A stretch of 63,714 nt of DNA, filler included, from Reclinomonas americana ATCC 50394 (lineage: Eukaryota), in the NCBI GenBank assembly GCA_048213135.1. It is 4 parts of 2 records of this genome, joined end to end, with 100 filler letters (N's around TTAATTAATTAA, not from the genome) between each part and the next. Parts side by side here need not be neighbours in the genome. Positions count along the whole stretch, not along the records: positions 1 to 26,439 come from PS015364.1; positions 26,540 to 47,548 come from PS015364.1; 2 more parts are not named here. One strand, written 5' to 3'. This document shows, piece by piece, positions 13,420 to 26,751 of the stretch. Numbering within the stretch: the stretch's first letter is position 1; every line of letters starts with the position of its first letter. The translations under genes were made by a program, and so were the position numbers. Under the pieces are notes generated by a model. It saw nothing but the letters and a program-made list of their open reading frames with translations. It was not told the DNA's origin and ran no database searches.

Positions 13420-14405
13420 GTTGATGTGCAAAAAAAAGTGTGGGGACAGTTGNNNNNNNNNNNNNNNNNNNNNNNNNNNNNNNNNNNNNNNNNNNNNNNN
13501 NNNNNNNNNNNNNNNNNNNNNNNNNNNNNNNNNNNNNNNNNNNNNNNNNNNNNNNNNNNNNNNNNNNNNNNNNNNNNNNNNNNNNNNNNNNNNNNNNNNN
13601 NNNNNNNNNNNNNNNNNNNNNNNNNNNNNNNNNNNNNNNNNNNNNNNNNNNNNNNNNNNNNNNNNNNNNNNNNNNNNNNNNNNNNNNNNNNNNNNNNNNN
13701 NNNNNNNNNNNNNNNNNNNNNNNNNNNNNNNNNNNNNNNNNNNNNNNNNNNNNNNNNNNNNNNNNNNNNNNNNNNNNNNNNNNNNNNNNNNNNNNNNNNN
13801 NNNNNNNNNNNNNNNNNNNNNNNNNNNNNNNNNNNNNNNNNNNNNNNNNNNNNNNNNNNNNNNNNNNNNNNNNNNNNNNNNNNNNNNNNNNNNNNNNNNN
13901 NNNNNNNNNNNNNNNNNNNNNNNNNNNNNNNNNNNNNNNNNNNNNNNNNNNNNNNNNNNNNNNNNNNNNNNNNNNNNNNNNNNNNNNNNNNNNNNNNNNN
14001 NNNNNNNNNNNNNNNNNNNNNNNNNNNNNNNNNNNNNNNNNNNNNNNNNNNNNNNNNNNNNNNNNNNNNNNNNNNNNNNNNNNNNNNNNNNNNNNNNNNN
14101 NNNNNNNNNNNNNNNNNNNNNNNNNNNNNNNNNNNNNNNNNNNNNNNNNNNNNNNNNNNNNNNNNNNNNNNNNNNNNNNNNNNNNNNNNNNNNNNNNNNN
14201 NNNNNNNNNNNNNNNNNNNNNNNNNNNNNNNNNNNNNNNNNNNNNNNNNNNNNNNNNNNNNNNNNNNNNNNNNNNNNNNNNNNNNNNNNNNNNNNNNNNN
14301 NNNNNNNNNNNNNNNNNNNNNNNNNNNNNNNNNNNNNNNNNNNNNNNNNGGGACAGAGCGAGCACGGGTGTTTGTGAGTGTTTTGTGTTGCGCGTTGTGT
14401 GAAGT

Positions 14406-15169
14406 ATGGGCATCGCGATCGAGATCATCAAGAGCGGCAACACGCGCAACCAGCCTGCCAAGGTGAGAGAGAGAAAGAGAGAAGAGATCAAGAGAGAGAG
14501 AGCAAGTGAGTCTGTGAATGAGTCAGTGTGTGTGCGTGTGTGCGCGTGTGTGTGAGAGAGAGAGAGCGTGTGTGTCATTGCTCACGTTGTGTTCATTGTG
14601 CAGGGTCAGACTGTGTCGATTCATTACACTGCAATGGTTTGTCTCTCTCTCTCCTCCCTGTGTGTGCGTTGTTGTTGTTGTTTGTGACGTTTTCGTGTGT
14701 GCTTCTTGCGCCAGTTCTCCGATGGCACACAATGGGATTCGACGCACGAGCGAGGACGGCCGTTCAAGTTCCGACTTGGCATTGGAGAAGTGATCTCGGG
14801 TGCGCTCTCTCTCTTCTCCATCTCTATTTGTTTTGTGTCTCACTTGCGTTTCTCATTGTGCGCGCGCCATGTGTGTAGGTCTCGACGAGGGCGTTGCACA
14901 GGTCTTGCTGACACGATGTTCGATATCTCTCTCCCTTTTCTCTGCTTCTCACACCAGCAGCTCTCTCTGTCACACACAGCTCACTCTCGGCGACCGTGCT
15001 AAGGTCAAGATGACGGCCGATCGTGCGTTCGGCAAGCAGGGACTGTCCAAGCTGTTGCGTCGCGCAGAGAGCCTCCGTCGCTTTGGCGGTGTCTGATGAG
15101 CTGTTGGTGAGCAGGGTGCCTCCGGACTCCCCGGTGGTGTTCGACGTTGAGCTGCTCAGCTTCCAGTAA
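14406..15169 (+). CDS. FKBP12: FKBP12-type peptidyl-prolyl isomerase, 6 exons
   Basis: Spliced product MGIAIEIIKSG..QPAKGQTVSIHYTAMFSDGTQWDSTHERGRPFKFRLGIGEVISGLDEGVAQLTLGDRAKV...VPPDSPVVFDVELLSFQ*. Confidence 0.95.
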
Positions 15170-15290
15170 ACGCACAGATGTATCATGATATGCGCAAGCC
15201 TCCACTGGGGTTCCCTCTCTCAGAGAGACCACAAGAAAGAAACGGGCAAAAAGGGGAACAACGGGGGAAGGCGGTGAAGCTCTACCAGGC

Positions 15291-17900
15291 TCACTCGGAT
15301 GCGGCGGCGGCGGCACTGGCGTCTGTGCCGCCTGTCGCCGACTCCGGCACTTGCAAGTTTTGCGACTTGCACCAGCTGAGGAGTGCCTCGAGCCGATCCG
15401 AGGTCTTGGTGCGCTCCTCCTGCAGCGTACGACACAGATCTTGCAGACTCGACATGCGCTTCTCGAGCACGGCCCGCTGCTGCGCTCCTTGTTGCAACTG
15501 CACCCAGCCGTGAGACGTCCGTCGAGAGAAGCAACAGCAGCAGCAAGAACACAAACCTCCTCCTGCAGAGTCAGCAGGGCGCCATTCTTTTGCATCACGC
15601 TGGCTCTGAGTTCCACATTCTCTCGCTTTTGTGTCTCCATGGTCTTGTGCACGTTGGAGATGGTGGTGCTGCTGTCCTTGATGTGTTTTGAGAACTCCTC
15701 GAAGCGAGAGGCGTACTCGGCCAGCTGCTGCTCGTGGTGCTTCTTCACGTCGAGAAGCAACTGGCGATCCTCCATCAGCGCTTGCATCTGTCAGGCGAGG
15801 GTGGTCAGCCACACCTTCCACGCTACGCTCTGTCCAATTCTCTCACAGTCGCTATCTCTCTCTTCTTTCTCCGTGGGTCACATTATCTGTGTCCCTGTCG
15901 TGCTTTTTCTTCCTACCCTTCTTCTTTCCTCATCTCCTCTCATTTCTTTTTCTCCCATCTGCTCTGCATGTTAAAATCCCTCATCTCTCTCTCCGTGAAC
16001 GTGTTCCATTCTCTCAAAGTCCTCGTCTCTTTTTCTCTCCCTGTGTATCTTCATTTTTGTGCAATCCTTCGTCTCTCTGCTTCTCTTTTCTCCTCTGCTC
16101 TCCTCATCCACTCTCTTCTTTCTTCTCTCCAACATGTCTCTAACGCCATCCCCTACTCTCCTTCTTTCCACCCCAACTCCTTTTTGCTCTCTTCCTCTCT
16201 CCCCATCATCTCCCTCTTCCCATCTCCCTTTCCTCATCCCCGGTTTCCTTCTCTCTCTCTCTCTCTTCCCCTCTCCCTCCCCTCTCCCTTTCCCCCTCTC
16301 TTCCCCCTNNNNNNNNNNNNNNNNNNNNNNNNNNNNNNNNNNNNNNNNNNNNNNNNNNNNNNNNNNNNNNNNNNNNNNNNNNNNNNNNNNNNNNNNNNNN
16401 NNNNNNNNNNNNNNNNNNNNNNNNNNNNNNNNNNNNNNNNNNNNNNNNNNNNNNNNNNNNNNNNNNNNNNNNNNNNNNNNNNNNNNNNNNNNNNNNNNNN
16501 NNNNNNNNNNNNNNNNNNNNNNNNNNNNNNNNNNNNNNNNNNNNNNNNNNNNNNNNNNNNNNNNNNNNNNNNNNNNNNNNNNNNNNNNNNNNNNNNNNNN
16601 NNNNNNNNNNNNNNNNNNNNNNNNNNNNNNNNNNNNNNNNNAATGCGTTGGCGGCGGCGGTTGCCAAGCGTGTGGAGAGTGGATCGAGCGCAGATGAGGC
16701 GGCGGCGCGTGTCGATGCCTATGCTGCACTGGTGCGCCTGTCTGCTGTGTCCTGGATAACATGATTGTGTTTGCTGATCATGTGTGTGCGTTGTTGTTAC
16801 AGTTTGCCAAGCAGGCGGTGACCAAGCAAAAGCTGCGTCGCCTCAAGCTCCGCGTGAAAAAGGCCGAGGAGGCTCGCGAAGAGTGTTGCGTCGTTCGCGT
16901 TCACTGTCTTCGTTTCGTGTCCCTCATGTGTCGCGCACAGCCGAGGCCGCGGGAACCAAGTTGCGCGACGAGATTGCCAAGCTGACGGTCAAGAACAACA
17001 AGTTGAGCGAGATTTGCCGCGACTTGCAGGAGCGCAGCTCGGTGGTGTCGGTGAGTCCACGCATGTGTGGTGATGGCGACGTGTGTGCTTTGCGACTGAC
17101 ACACACGCTCGCACGCGTGCAGGACGATCTGAAAAAGAGAGTGGATGCCATTGGCGAGGAGGATCGCAAGGCGCGGCAGGCGATTGCCGACCGTTTCCAG
17201 GCGTCGCTGACGGAGATGCACGAGAAGCTGAACGAGCAAATGGAGCTGCGTATGAAGCAGGCCGAGGAGAACGACCAATTACGCACGCACATCAAGAAGC
17301 TGCTGGAGCAGACCGAGTTGGTGGAGTCGCACCACAGGGAGTCGTTGCGAGTGAAGGATTTGGAGAACCAGCTGGCCGAGGCCAAGTTGGCCGAGTCCGA
17401 CGCGCGCAAGCAGCAGATGGAGGAGTTGTTGCAAAAGGCGCATGTGCAGGTGAGGGGGGAGGNNNNNNNNNNNNNNNNNNNNNNNNNNNNNNNNNNNNNN
17501 NNNNNNNNNNNNCTGACAACACACATAAGTACACACACGCACGCACACACAGAGTAGACAAACAGCACACAGAGACCTTGTCTCGCGCCTCCTGCTCTCG
17601 CGCGGCCGCATAGGCGCGCGCATCAAACGGGCCCGACAACTCCAACTCCACCAGTCGCTCCTGCACGCGGTTCTGCAGCACGTGCGACTGTGCATCGCCC
17701 TCTCCACTACTACTGCCGCCCGCAGCAGTCGCAGTCGCAGAGGCCACAGCAGCACTGGCACCTGAGGACTCTCCACTGGCCACTGTCGTGGTCACCGCGT
17801 CTGACAATGATGCAATGAGCGAGTGAGCGAGTGACGCACACACACACAGAGAGAGAGAGAGCGTACCACTCGACGGCTTCTCCTTCTTGCGCGACTGCAT
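15291..17900 (-). CDS. Taxilin-family coiled-coil protein (middle exons on an inverted contig)
   Basis: C-terminal QLAEYASRFEEFSKHIKDS and LQDLCRTLQEER on the minus strand; N-terminus MQSRKKEK at 17900. Confidence 0.8.
16803..17450 (+). CDS. Central taxilin exons on gap-flanked contig 16641-17462, inverted
   Basis: KNNKLSEICRDLQE, EEDRKARQAIADRFQ, ENDQLRTHIKKLLEQ and KDLENQLAEAKL are taxilin core motifs that fit between the minus-strand N- and C-terminal parts. Confidence 0.8.
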
Positions 17901-17975
17901 CGTTGCTCTGTGAGAGTGTGTGTTGTGTTTCCCGCCACAATCCGCTCGATCGACGAGTTTGCACTTTTGTCAATC

Positions 17976-20956
17976 ATGCTGTTGCGCGGTCGCCTGCTGG
18001 TGGCCGCTGCCTGTGCACTGCTGCTGCTGCTTGTGTCGACGTCGACGATGCAGGTGGCGTGGGGAGAGTTGAGGCCGGAAGACCCGTCGCGAGTTGCGTC
18101 TTTACACGCACACATGAAGGCACGCGCACATTGGCACGCGCGCGCACTCTCTCTATGTGTGTGTGTGTCTCTCTCTCCGTCATCCATTGTGCACACGAGC
18201 GAGCGAGCGAGAGAGAGGGAGTGTGTGTGTCTTGCTTGGCACGCGCACATGGCGTCATTGCCGACCACAAATTCGTTCAACTCTCCTCTTTGCTCACGTT
18301 TCTCTCTCTCTCTTGTACTGTGCAGCATCGCGATGCTCACTCTGTGTCGTTCCCGGTGCGCATTGGCGCCGATGGACGCATGGACCACTGGTCGCACGGA
18401 GGATCCACTGTCATCACCGACTCATTCATCCGCGTGACTCCGGCGCTGCCGAGCTCGCACGGCTCACTGTGGAACATGGAGGTACGGTCCCATCGTATGC
18501 ATCTGTCTCTTGTGATTGATGTCGTCGTTGTGATTGACACGTGTGATTTCATCTGCAGCCGGTGGCGGCATCGGCGTGGGAAATCACCTTCCACTTCCGC
18601 ATTCATGGACCCAAGTCGCCGGGCGCCGATGGCATGGCACTGTGGTACATTTCGCATCCGGCGCCTGCGGGTCCGGCATACGGCGCGTCGCCCAAGTTCA
18701 AGGGTCTCGGCATTGTTTTTGATACGTTTGACAATGACGGCATGCGCGACAATCCCAAGATCCAGGCCGTCTACAGCGAGGACGCACGCATTCCGTACGA
18801 TATGAGTGAGGATGGCTCGCGTGTGGAGATCGGCTCCTGTGTGGCGTACTATCGCAACTTGCCGCACCCGGCCGTCATCAAGGTCCGCTACGAGCAGCGC
18901 ACCTTGTCGGTGCACTTTAACCTGCGCAAGGGCGTCGGCACCTTTGTCGAGTGCTTCACTGTGCCCAACGTCAACCTGCCCCAGTACTACTACTTGGGCG
19001 TCACCGGCGCCACTGGCAGTCTGTCTGGTGTGTGTGTGTCGGTTGAGTGGCGATGATTCTCGCGGGACTGCCCTCACTCACGGTTGCGCAGATTACCACG
19101 AGGTCCACGGCCTGTCGTTTGTCGATCTCTCGCCGGTGAGTCGGTGATGGTGGTGATGGCGATTGTTGCCACGCATGGTCTTACCTCTCTCTTTCTCCCT
19201 TCCTCCCTCTCCCTTGTCGTACCGCAGGGCGCTGGCTCGTCGGACCCCGAGAACGCACCGGCGGCGGCGACTTCAGCGATTCCGCCTGGAGCCACGACTA
19301 ACGCCGCGTCGGCCACCAGTTGTGTGCCTTTGCATTGTTGGTCTTCTTCTTCTTCGTCTTCCATGGTTGCTGAACTGCGTTGCTCGTGGTGCAGCTGAGG
19401 AGCCGGCTCCTTCGGCCTCGTTCGACAATCCCGAGTTTTTGAAGGTGTGTACTGATTCAATTCACCGTCCCCCGATCGATACTCACGCTGTCGCGGTCAT
19501 GTTTATATGTGTTAGGCCTTCCGCCGCAAGCTGAAGGCCATGCGTGACGCGGAGCGCGCTGCGGCGGCGAACGGCGGTGATCCGTCTCGTGCCGACGACC
19601 CTGCACGCCAGCACTACAATCAGTACAAGCATCAGGAGTCGGGAGATTCCGTGCCGAGTTCTGTGCAATCCGACGACGCGAGCAGCGACAACAATGACAA
19701 CAACAACAAGAGCAATCCACCACCGCCGACTCCGCGTACCGAGTACAGCCCGCCTCCGTCGGCTCGTCAGCTCAACAGCGAGCCGTCCATGAGTTGCGTA
19801 GTTGATCTCTTCTCTTCTCTTCCTTGGTTTGCCCTTCTCGCTCACCGAGACGGCTGGCGTGCAGGCATTGCCGAGTCGGAGCTCAAGTCCGAAGTCAAGC
19901 AGCTGATGACCAGTGGTCATGAGAGGATTATCGGCGAAATCAGCAAGATGACCACTGGTGTCGCCGATCGCTGGAACTCGCAGGAGGCCAAGGTGTGTGT
20001 GCACGTTTGTGCTCCTTTGGCTCCTGTTGTTCATCCTCCCACTCTTTTCTCGAACGCCTACAGCTCGACAGCATCCACAACCTGGCTGTGGCCGTGGAGA
20101 AGATTGTGACTCACATTCCCAACGAGGACGCGTTGCGCGCGGTGCGTGTCGTCTACTGCGTGTCCCTCGCACAGGATGTGTGTGTGCTGATACTTTGATT
20201 GTGCTGCAGGCCCTGGCTGTGGCACTTGCCGAGGCCAAGATCTCTGCGGCTCCTGCCAGCAGCAGCGATAACAAGGGTGATGCCGCGGTGGAGAATGCGA
20301 CTGTCATGTTGCGTTTTGATGGCAGTGGAATGGATGGTGATCGCACGAATCCCCACGTCGCTCACTTCGTTGCAGTACCGCTATGTTGCAAGGAATCATG
20401 CACACGCTGGAGGCACACACCAAGGGATTCGGTGATCGCATGCTGACGGTGGAGACCAAGATGTCGGATGTGCTGTCGCACGCCGAGCGCGACGAGAACT
20501 CGCGCTCCACCGCTCTCGGCTACCTCACCAACATTGATCGCGGCGTCAAGGATGTCATCCCGTCGGTGGTGCAGCAGTGGGGCTCCACCAACAACGAAAT
20601 CATCCAGAACCTGCGCAAGGAGCTCAACGCCGTGCGCAACTCTGTGACCGCCATTGAGGAGCACATTACCGGTTTCCGCCAGGTGGCCGAGTCGCTGCCG
20701 CAACAGGTGCGCGCGGCACTTGCCGGCGCCCCCGCTCCCACGGCGTCGTATGGCGAAGGTGGGGATTTCAGCGGCGGCAACGGCGGCGCCTCATGGTGGG
20801 TGATTGCCATTATGCTGTTTGCCAACACGTGCATTCTGGTGAGTTTTTGTGCCCTCTTCCATGGCTTGCATGGCGAGCAGTTGGTTCTCACACACACTCA
20901 CACAGCTACTGTACTTCAAGATCAAGGAAAGAAAGGAGCACAGCAAGTACCTGTAA
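17976..20956 (+). CDS. LMAN1: ERGIC-53/Emp47-like L-type lectin cargo receptor
   Basis: Signal peptide; lectin motifs GADGMALWY, FKGLGIVFDTFDN, YYLGVTGATGSLS-DYHEV; coiled-coil stalk; TM; short tail KIKERKEHSKYL*. Confidence 0.88.
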
Positions 20957-21052
20957 GACTACAGCAACTCGCCGTCCGCAAGACACCCTTCCTTTGTTGC
21001 TTCATCAAGAATGAAAATCCGCGTCATTGATTTGTGTCCGTAATCGTCGATA

Positions 21053-24000
21053 ATGGTGCGGCGTGGTTCGCCGCCGCGCTGGTCGCTTTCCACCACCTCG
21101 TCACTATCTATGCATCTGTGCCTGCTGACGATCGTGTGGTGTGTCAGCATGTGCCAAGGCAAGTCGATTCACAAACATGCACACTCGTCCCCGTCTCACA
21201 TTCTCACACACACACACTCTCTCTCTCTCTTTACCGCCCACAGCAGCCACACCCACGCTGGAGTCCTTTACCCCCATCCTCGCATCTCCGTTCACCAATG
21301 TCGGTTCGTCAGCATCACATCGCTCCCACATCACATCGCTCTCTCCATCTCACTTGTCACTCAGACATCACCATCACCGGCAGCGGCCTCGCCTCTGGAA
21401 ACACTGTGACACTGTGTGCGGACTCTGCATGCAGCGGCACAGCAGCGTTCACCGGCTCAAATCCGCGCATCAACTGGTACGAGGGAGCGTCCACGACTCT
21501 CATCGTCACCATCTCCAACATCACCACGGGTCAGTGGTACGTGTGTGTCGACACTGGCTCGGTGCAAGTCGTGCCCAACTTTACACAACTCATCGGTTCT
21601 TTCATGCTGCTCACCCACACGCCCCTCCCCCGCGCTCATTTTCGTGTACGCAGTGCCGTGGGCCTCCAGCTATTCTTCGTCGGTCGTGGCCAGTGACGCA
21701 CCTGCTGCAACGATTGTCATCTCGGGATCGCTGCTGTCGGCCACGGATCAGGTGTCCTTCCAGCTGCCGGGTTCCCAATGCGACGGCTCAGGCACGTACA
21801 CGAATGCAGTCGGAGTGCAGTTCGTGGACGACACGGGGACATCGCTAACGGTCAACATTGGTGGCTCGTTGCGTTGCATACGCTCTCTCGCTCGCTCTCT
21901 CTCTCTTTCTCGTTCTCATCTGTCATCTCACCTGCGTCGTGCTGCAGCGGTCTGGCGCCCTCTGGCAGCTTCAAGTATCATGTGTGCATTGTGTATCGTG
22001 GTGGCCAGGTGCAGCAGGCGCGAGTGGGTGCCGCGCTGACCGTGCAGGCGCCATTGGCATTCAGCTTTCAGCCGGCATTCATCCCACAGCTAGACATTGC
22101 GGCGGCACTGACGTTGCGTCACACGACGTGGTAAACTCCAGTTGCCGTGCCATGTGGATAACATCACTGTATGTGTGTGTGTGCGCGCGCAGGCTTACCG
22201 GTTTTGGGCTGGCGGTGACCGATGTGGTGGTGCTGCAGAGTGGTGGCTCGTCGTGTGCTGCGGGTGACGGGCAGCTGTACACGCTAACAGGTGCTGCGTC
22301 GTTGCCGGCGGTGGTGAGTGCTCACTACAAACGTGCGTGCGCGCATCCTCTGACTGTGTATTGGACAGGCATCTGGAGTCTCGCCCGGTGTGCAAGTGGT
22401 CAAGTTGACGGGTATTGCCATGACTCCCGGCACCTACAATGTGTGCTACAAGCAAAACGGTGGCAGTTCACTCAGCAGCGTGACGGGCACGCTCACAGTT
22501 GGTGCGAGCATGGTGTATTTTTTCCTGTTTGGTGTCCGAGCTCGCACTGACCACCACCCTGAAAACTATCCCGCGACAGTCGGCTTCGTGTCATTTTCGC
22601 CGACCAGTGTCAGTGACACGGCCTCGTCCTCTCTCGTCATTGCCGGCTCCGATCTCTCCATGAGCGACACTGTGGCACTGGCCCAGTTGGGCTGCTACCA
22701 AGTATCGGGTGGCACGGTGCTGACATCGATGTCGTCGGACGGTTCATCGCTGACAGTTGCTGTACCGGCGGCTGCCGTGACACCTGGTGTGTGTCCCCAC
22801 ACATACCACCTTTCCCCACCTCTGTGTCTGACACTCTGCGTGCCGCACAGGCCCGTATTCGGTGTGCGTGCAGGTTCGGGGCACTGGCAATTGGATCGTT
22901 GTGGGAAACTCGTCGACTGCGCCAGTGGATCTGACGTACGGTGGGTGTGGCGTGTGAGTGTTGTTTGTTCGCCAGCCGTTCTTATGCGTGCGACAGGGTT
23001 CTCCTTCAAGCCGCTGTATCTGCCAGCGGCGGATACCTCGCAGAAAATCACCATCACTGGCGTCAGCGATGGCACGAGCGTGAGCCTCGTCTCAGGTGTG
23101 GTGAGTTCGTGCTCCGGTGGCTTCTCGGTAGCCAGCGTCTCGGCAGGGCAGGTGGCCATGAGTCCGTCGGTGGCCTCGGGAGTGTACTCGGTGTGCCCGA
23201 GTGGATGGTCGACTCCGGCGTACACTAGCCTTGTCCTCGGTACGATGTGTGTCGAGTCCGCTGCCTGCATGAAACCACCTCGATTCACACGCATTCTGCC
23301 CTTTTCCGACAACGCAGGCAACTGTGGCAAGTACAATGTCAACTCGCGACCGCAGTTCTTCACGGCGCCGCTCCAGCAGAGCTTTCTCTTTGGCGCCCAG
23401 ATGGCTGGCAAGTGCGCTAGCGATTCCACCACGGACAGCGTCGGATGCATGTGGTATGTGACGAAAACAACAACGAGCCAGTCGCGCAGTTGTCCCTCTG
23501 ACTTGTTTCGTGCAGGTGCAGTTTTCCGGGTCTAGCACTGGGTGACATCTCCGCGGCTGGTGTCTCCACCCGTGGCATGTGTGTGAACCGCACTTCCGGT
23601 GGCTGCACCAATGTCGGCTCGCGCACCGAGACGCACAAAAACAGTGTGTCGATGAAGCTAGTGCAGGTTCGGTGTCGATCGCCATCGTGTTATCGTATCG
23701 TGTTGCTGACACACATCACGATGATGTAGAACCCCGCGGCATATCTTCCCGAGTTCGACAAGTCCGCTGAAAATGGACAGAACGTGGCCGAGGAGGTCGA
23801 CTATTTCGCGCTGGCATTCTACTCCGTCACTCCACCGCACCGGTACGTCGCCCTCATTTGTGTGCGATTGTGTATGTCATGTCACTCACAGTTGGTTTCT
23901 GCTCGCAGCAATTTCAGTTTGCGAGTGGTGGCAACCTCTGCAGACTACGGCACTATTGGTGACAACTTGCACCTGTTTGTGTCGCGTAGCAGCATGCCAA

Positions 24001-25107
24001 CTAGCTCCACGTACGACTTTACGTCGATTCGCGAAGAGAATCCGTGGTCGATTGACATTCTGGCGGAGGATGTTGCGTGACACGCGTATATTTCTGCACA
24101 CCACTATCGTGTTGTTCATCATTACTGCGCATGCACAGCTTGTCACACTGTTTGGTTCATGCAGTGGTGCCACTTGTGTGTACAACGTGGCCGTGCAGGG
24201 AGCCAACGAAGCTCGCTCGGACAGCTCGCAATACCAACTGCAAGTGTGGCTTGGTGCGTGTGTCGCTGTTGTTCCTCTCCCTGCCTTGCACTCACATATT
24301 GTTGTTCTTGCGTACAGAGGTATTACCTTGTGTGTGTGTGTAACTGGGTGCAGCAAAGGCGCATTCGTCTCACTCGCGTCCGCGCAGACCAACTTCACTT
24401 CATTCCAGTGCTCAGACGCCTCTGGCAACTGTTTCTCGCTGTACGGACGAGACGGGCAAACCAATGTGGCGTCGCTGAACGGACAGACCAATGTGCGCTT
24501 GCTTCATTCACCGGCAACCAATGCCGGCACGCATACGCGTCAAGTAACGGTTCGTCGCCCGCCGTCTGCGTCGTCTAGCATGCAACGCAGTGTGTGACCA
24601 TCTTTGTCGTTCTTGGTGCCATTGCAGTTTGTGCAAGACGCAACGTCAGCATATGTGGCGCGCCTCACGCAGTCGTATTCCACTCTGCAAGTCCGCGACT
24701 CTGATCGCTATTTGCGAAGCAGTCTGTGGATCACCGATCCGGTGTACATGATCGACGGGTTCGAGGTGCGATTCCAGTTCCGCGTCAGCGCGCTGGGAGT
24801 TGCGTTCCCCCCACTTTGTCACGCTTTGTCAACGACTGGTCACATCTCACATTATGCATGCTTGTTACGCAGTTGTGCAACTCGCTGGACGGTTTCTGTG
24901 GCGGTGGTGATGGCTTTGCTCTGGTGTTTAGAAAGGTGGGCGACGCAGATCTGCCCATTATGCACACACACACACACACGTCTCTCTCACGGTTCTCTAT
25001 TCACAGGACTTGACATATCCGTCGGTGGGCTCACGCGACAGCGTTGGCAAGGGTCTCGGTTATGAGGGCTACACAGACGCACTGGCCGTCGAGTTCGACA
25101 TGTGGTA
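21053..25107 (+). CDS. Large secreted/surface protein: IPT/TIG-like repeats plus legume-lectin domain (partial)
   Basis: Signal-like N-terminus; repeats such as PTLESFTP...ITITGSGL, FSFQP...LTGFGL, FSPTSVS...IAGSDL; lectin motifs GGDGFALVF and GLGYEGYTDALAVEFD. Confidence 0.75.
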
Positions 25108-25977
25108 NNNNNNNNNNNNNNNNNNNNNNNNNNNNNNNNNNNNNNNNNNNNNNNNNNNNNNNNNNNNNNNNNNNNNNNNNNNNNNNNNNNNNNNNNNNNN
25201 NNNNNNNNNNNNNNNNNNNNNNNNNNNNNNNNNNNNNNNNNNNNNNNNNNNNNNNNNNNNNNNNNNNNNNNNNNNNNNNNNNNNNNNNNNNNNNNNNNNN
25301 NNNNNNNNNNNNNNNNNNNNNNNNNNNNNNNNNNNNNNNNNNNNNNNNNNNNNNNNNNNNNNNNNNNNNNNNNNNNNNNNNNNNNNNNNNNNNNNNNNNN
25401 NNNNNNNNNNNNNNNNNNNNNNNNNNNNNNNNNNNNNNNNNNNNNNNNNNNNNNNNNNNNNNNNNNNNNNNNNNNNNNNNNNNNNNNNNNNNNNNNNNNN
25501 NNNNNNNNNNNNNNNNNNNNNNNNNNNNNNNNNNNNNNNNNNNNNNNNNNNNNNNNNNNNNNNNNNNNNNNNNNNNNNNNNNNNNNNNNNNNNNNNNNNN
25601 NNNNNNNNNNNNNNNNNNNNNNNNNNNNNNNNNNNNNNNNNNNNNNNNNNNNNNNNNNNNNNNNNNNNNNNNNNNNNNNNNNNNNNNNNNNNNNNNNNNN
25701 NNNNNNNNNNNNNNNNNNNNNNNNNNNNNNNNNNNNNNNNNNNNNNNNNNNNNNNNNNNNNNNNNNNNNNNNNNNNNNNNNNNNNNNNNNNNNNNNNNNN
25801 NNNNNNNNNNNNNNNNNNNNNNNNNNNNNNNNNNNNNNNNNNNNNNNNNNNNNNNNNNNNNNNNNNNNNNNNNNNNNNNNNNNNNNNNNNNNNNNNNNNN
25901 NNNNNNNNNNNNNNNNNNNNNNNNNNNNNNNNNNNNNNNNNNNNNNNNNNNNNNNNNNNNNNNNNNNNNNNNNNNNN

Positions 25978-26340
25978 TGCCGTACACCGACGAGGTCAGT
26001 GTCACGTCGGCGACAAGCGCCGGGTCGTCAAAGTTGTCGATAAAGACCAGCAGCATGCCTGGCAAGCCAAAGAACGACGGTATGTACATGGCACGGACTT
26101 CGTGGATCTGCATACGGAGAGGTCAGTGCACGTCTCTGCAGAGAGGGGACGAAAACAACGCAACGGAGCCGTCGGTGAGCAGCGGAATGCTGGGCGTGGC
26201 CGCCAGCAAGCTCGACGACGCGTGGTCGGAGGACACGGCACCGCCGGTAGTCGTCGACGCAAAAATACCGATATGGTTGTCCGAGTAGGCCACGTATTCG
26301 GTGGCATTGACAAACCACGTCTCCATGCCCTGCCGGTATC
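25978..26340 (-). CDS. Continuation of the legume-lectin domain on an inverted contig
   Basis: SDNHIGI...IPLLTDG|QIHEVRAMYIP...LLVFID follows the AVEFD motif in L-type lectins. Confidence 0.7.
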
Positions 26341-26439
26341 CACGATCGCATGAGAGGGCGCAATACAGCGGCAGAGAGAGAGAGAGAGAGCGAGAGAGAG
26401 ACGGCACGCACCAGCTTTGGGTCGTTGCGATCGCTGTTG

Positions 26440-26539
26440 NNNNNNNNNNNNNNNNNNNNNNNNNNNNNNNNNNNNNNNNNNNNTTAATTAATTAANNNNN
26501 NNNNNNNNNNNNNNNNNNNNNNNNNNNNNNNNNNNNNNN
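26440..26539. other. Synthetic scaffold linker (N44-TTAATTAATTAA-N44)
   Basis: Six-frame stop 12-mer embedded in Ns; the same 100-nt construct occurs three times. Confidence 0.97.
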
Positions 26540-26751
26540 AGAGAGAATTATAGGAAGAGATTTCGTAGGTCACAGCACGCGTACAAGTGAATCAACTTGT
26601 CGTGTGGAATGATAAGTTTCGTTTTTTTGTTGTTGTTCTCTCCCTCTTTTATAGTTCAGTTTGCATGTGGTGTGTGTCAGTGGAGAGCGGTACACCGTGT
26701 GTGCTGCTGCTTTTTCTTGTTGTTGTTGTTGTTGTTGTTGTTCGTGAGTGG

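Noticed and set aside
26484..26495. TTAATTAATTAA palindromes (also 47593, 59346) as biological sites
   Set aside because: Fixed N44 flanks and six-frame stops mark an artificial join; gene neighbourhoods across them are meaningless.
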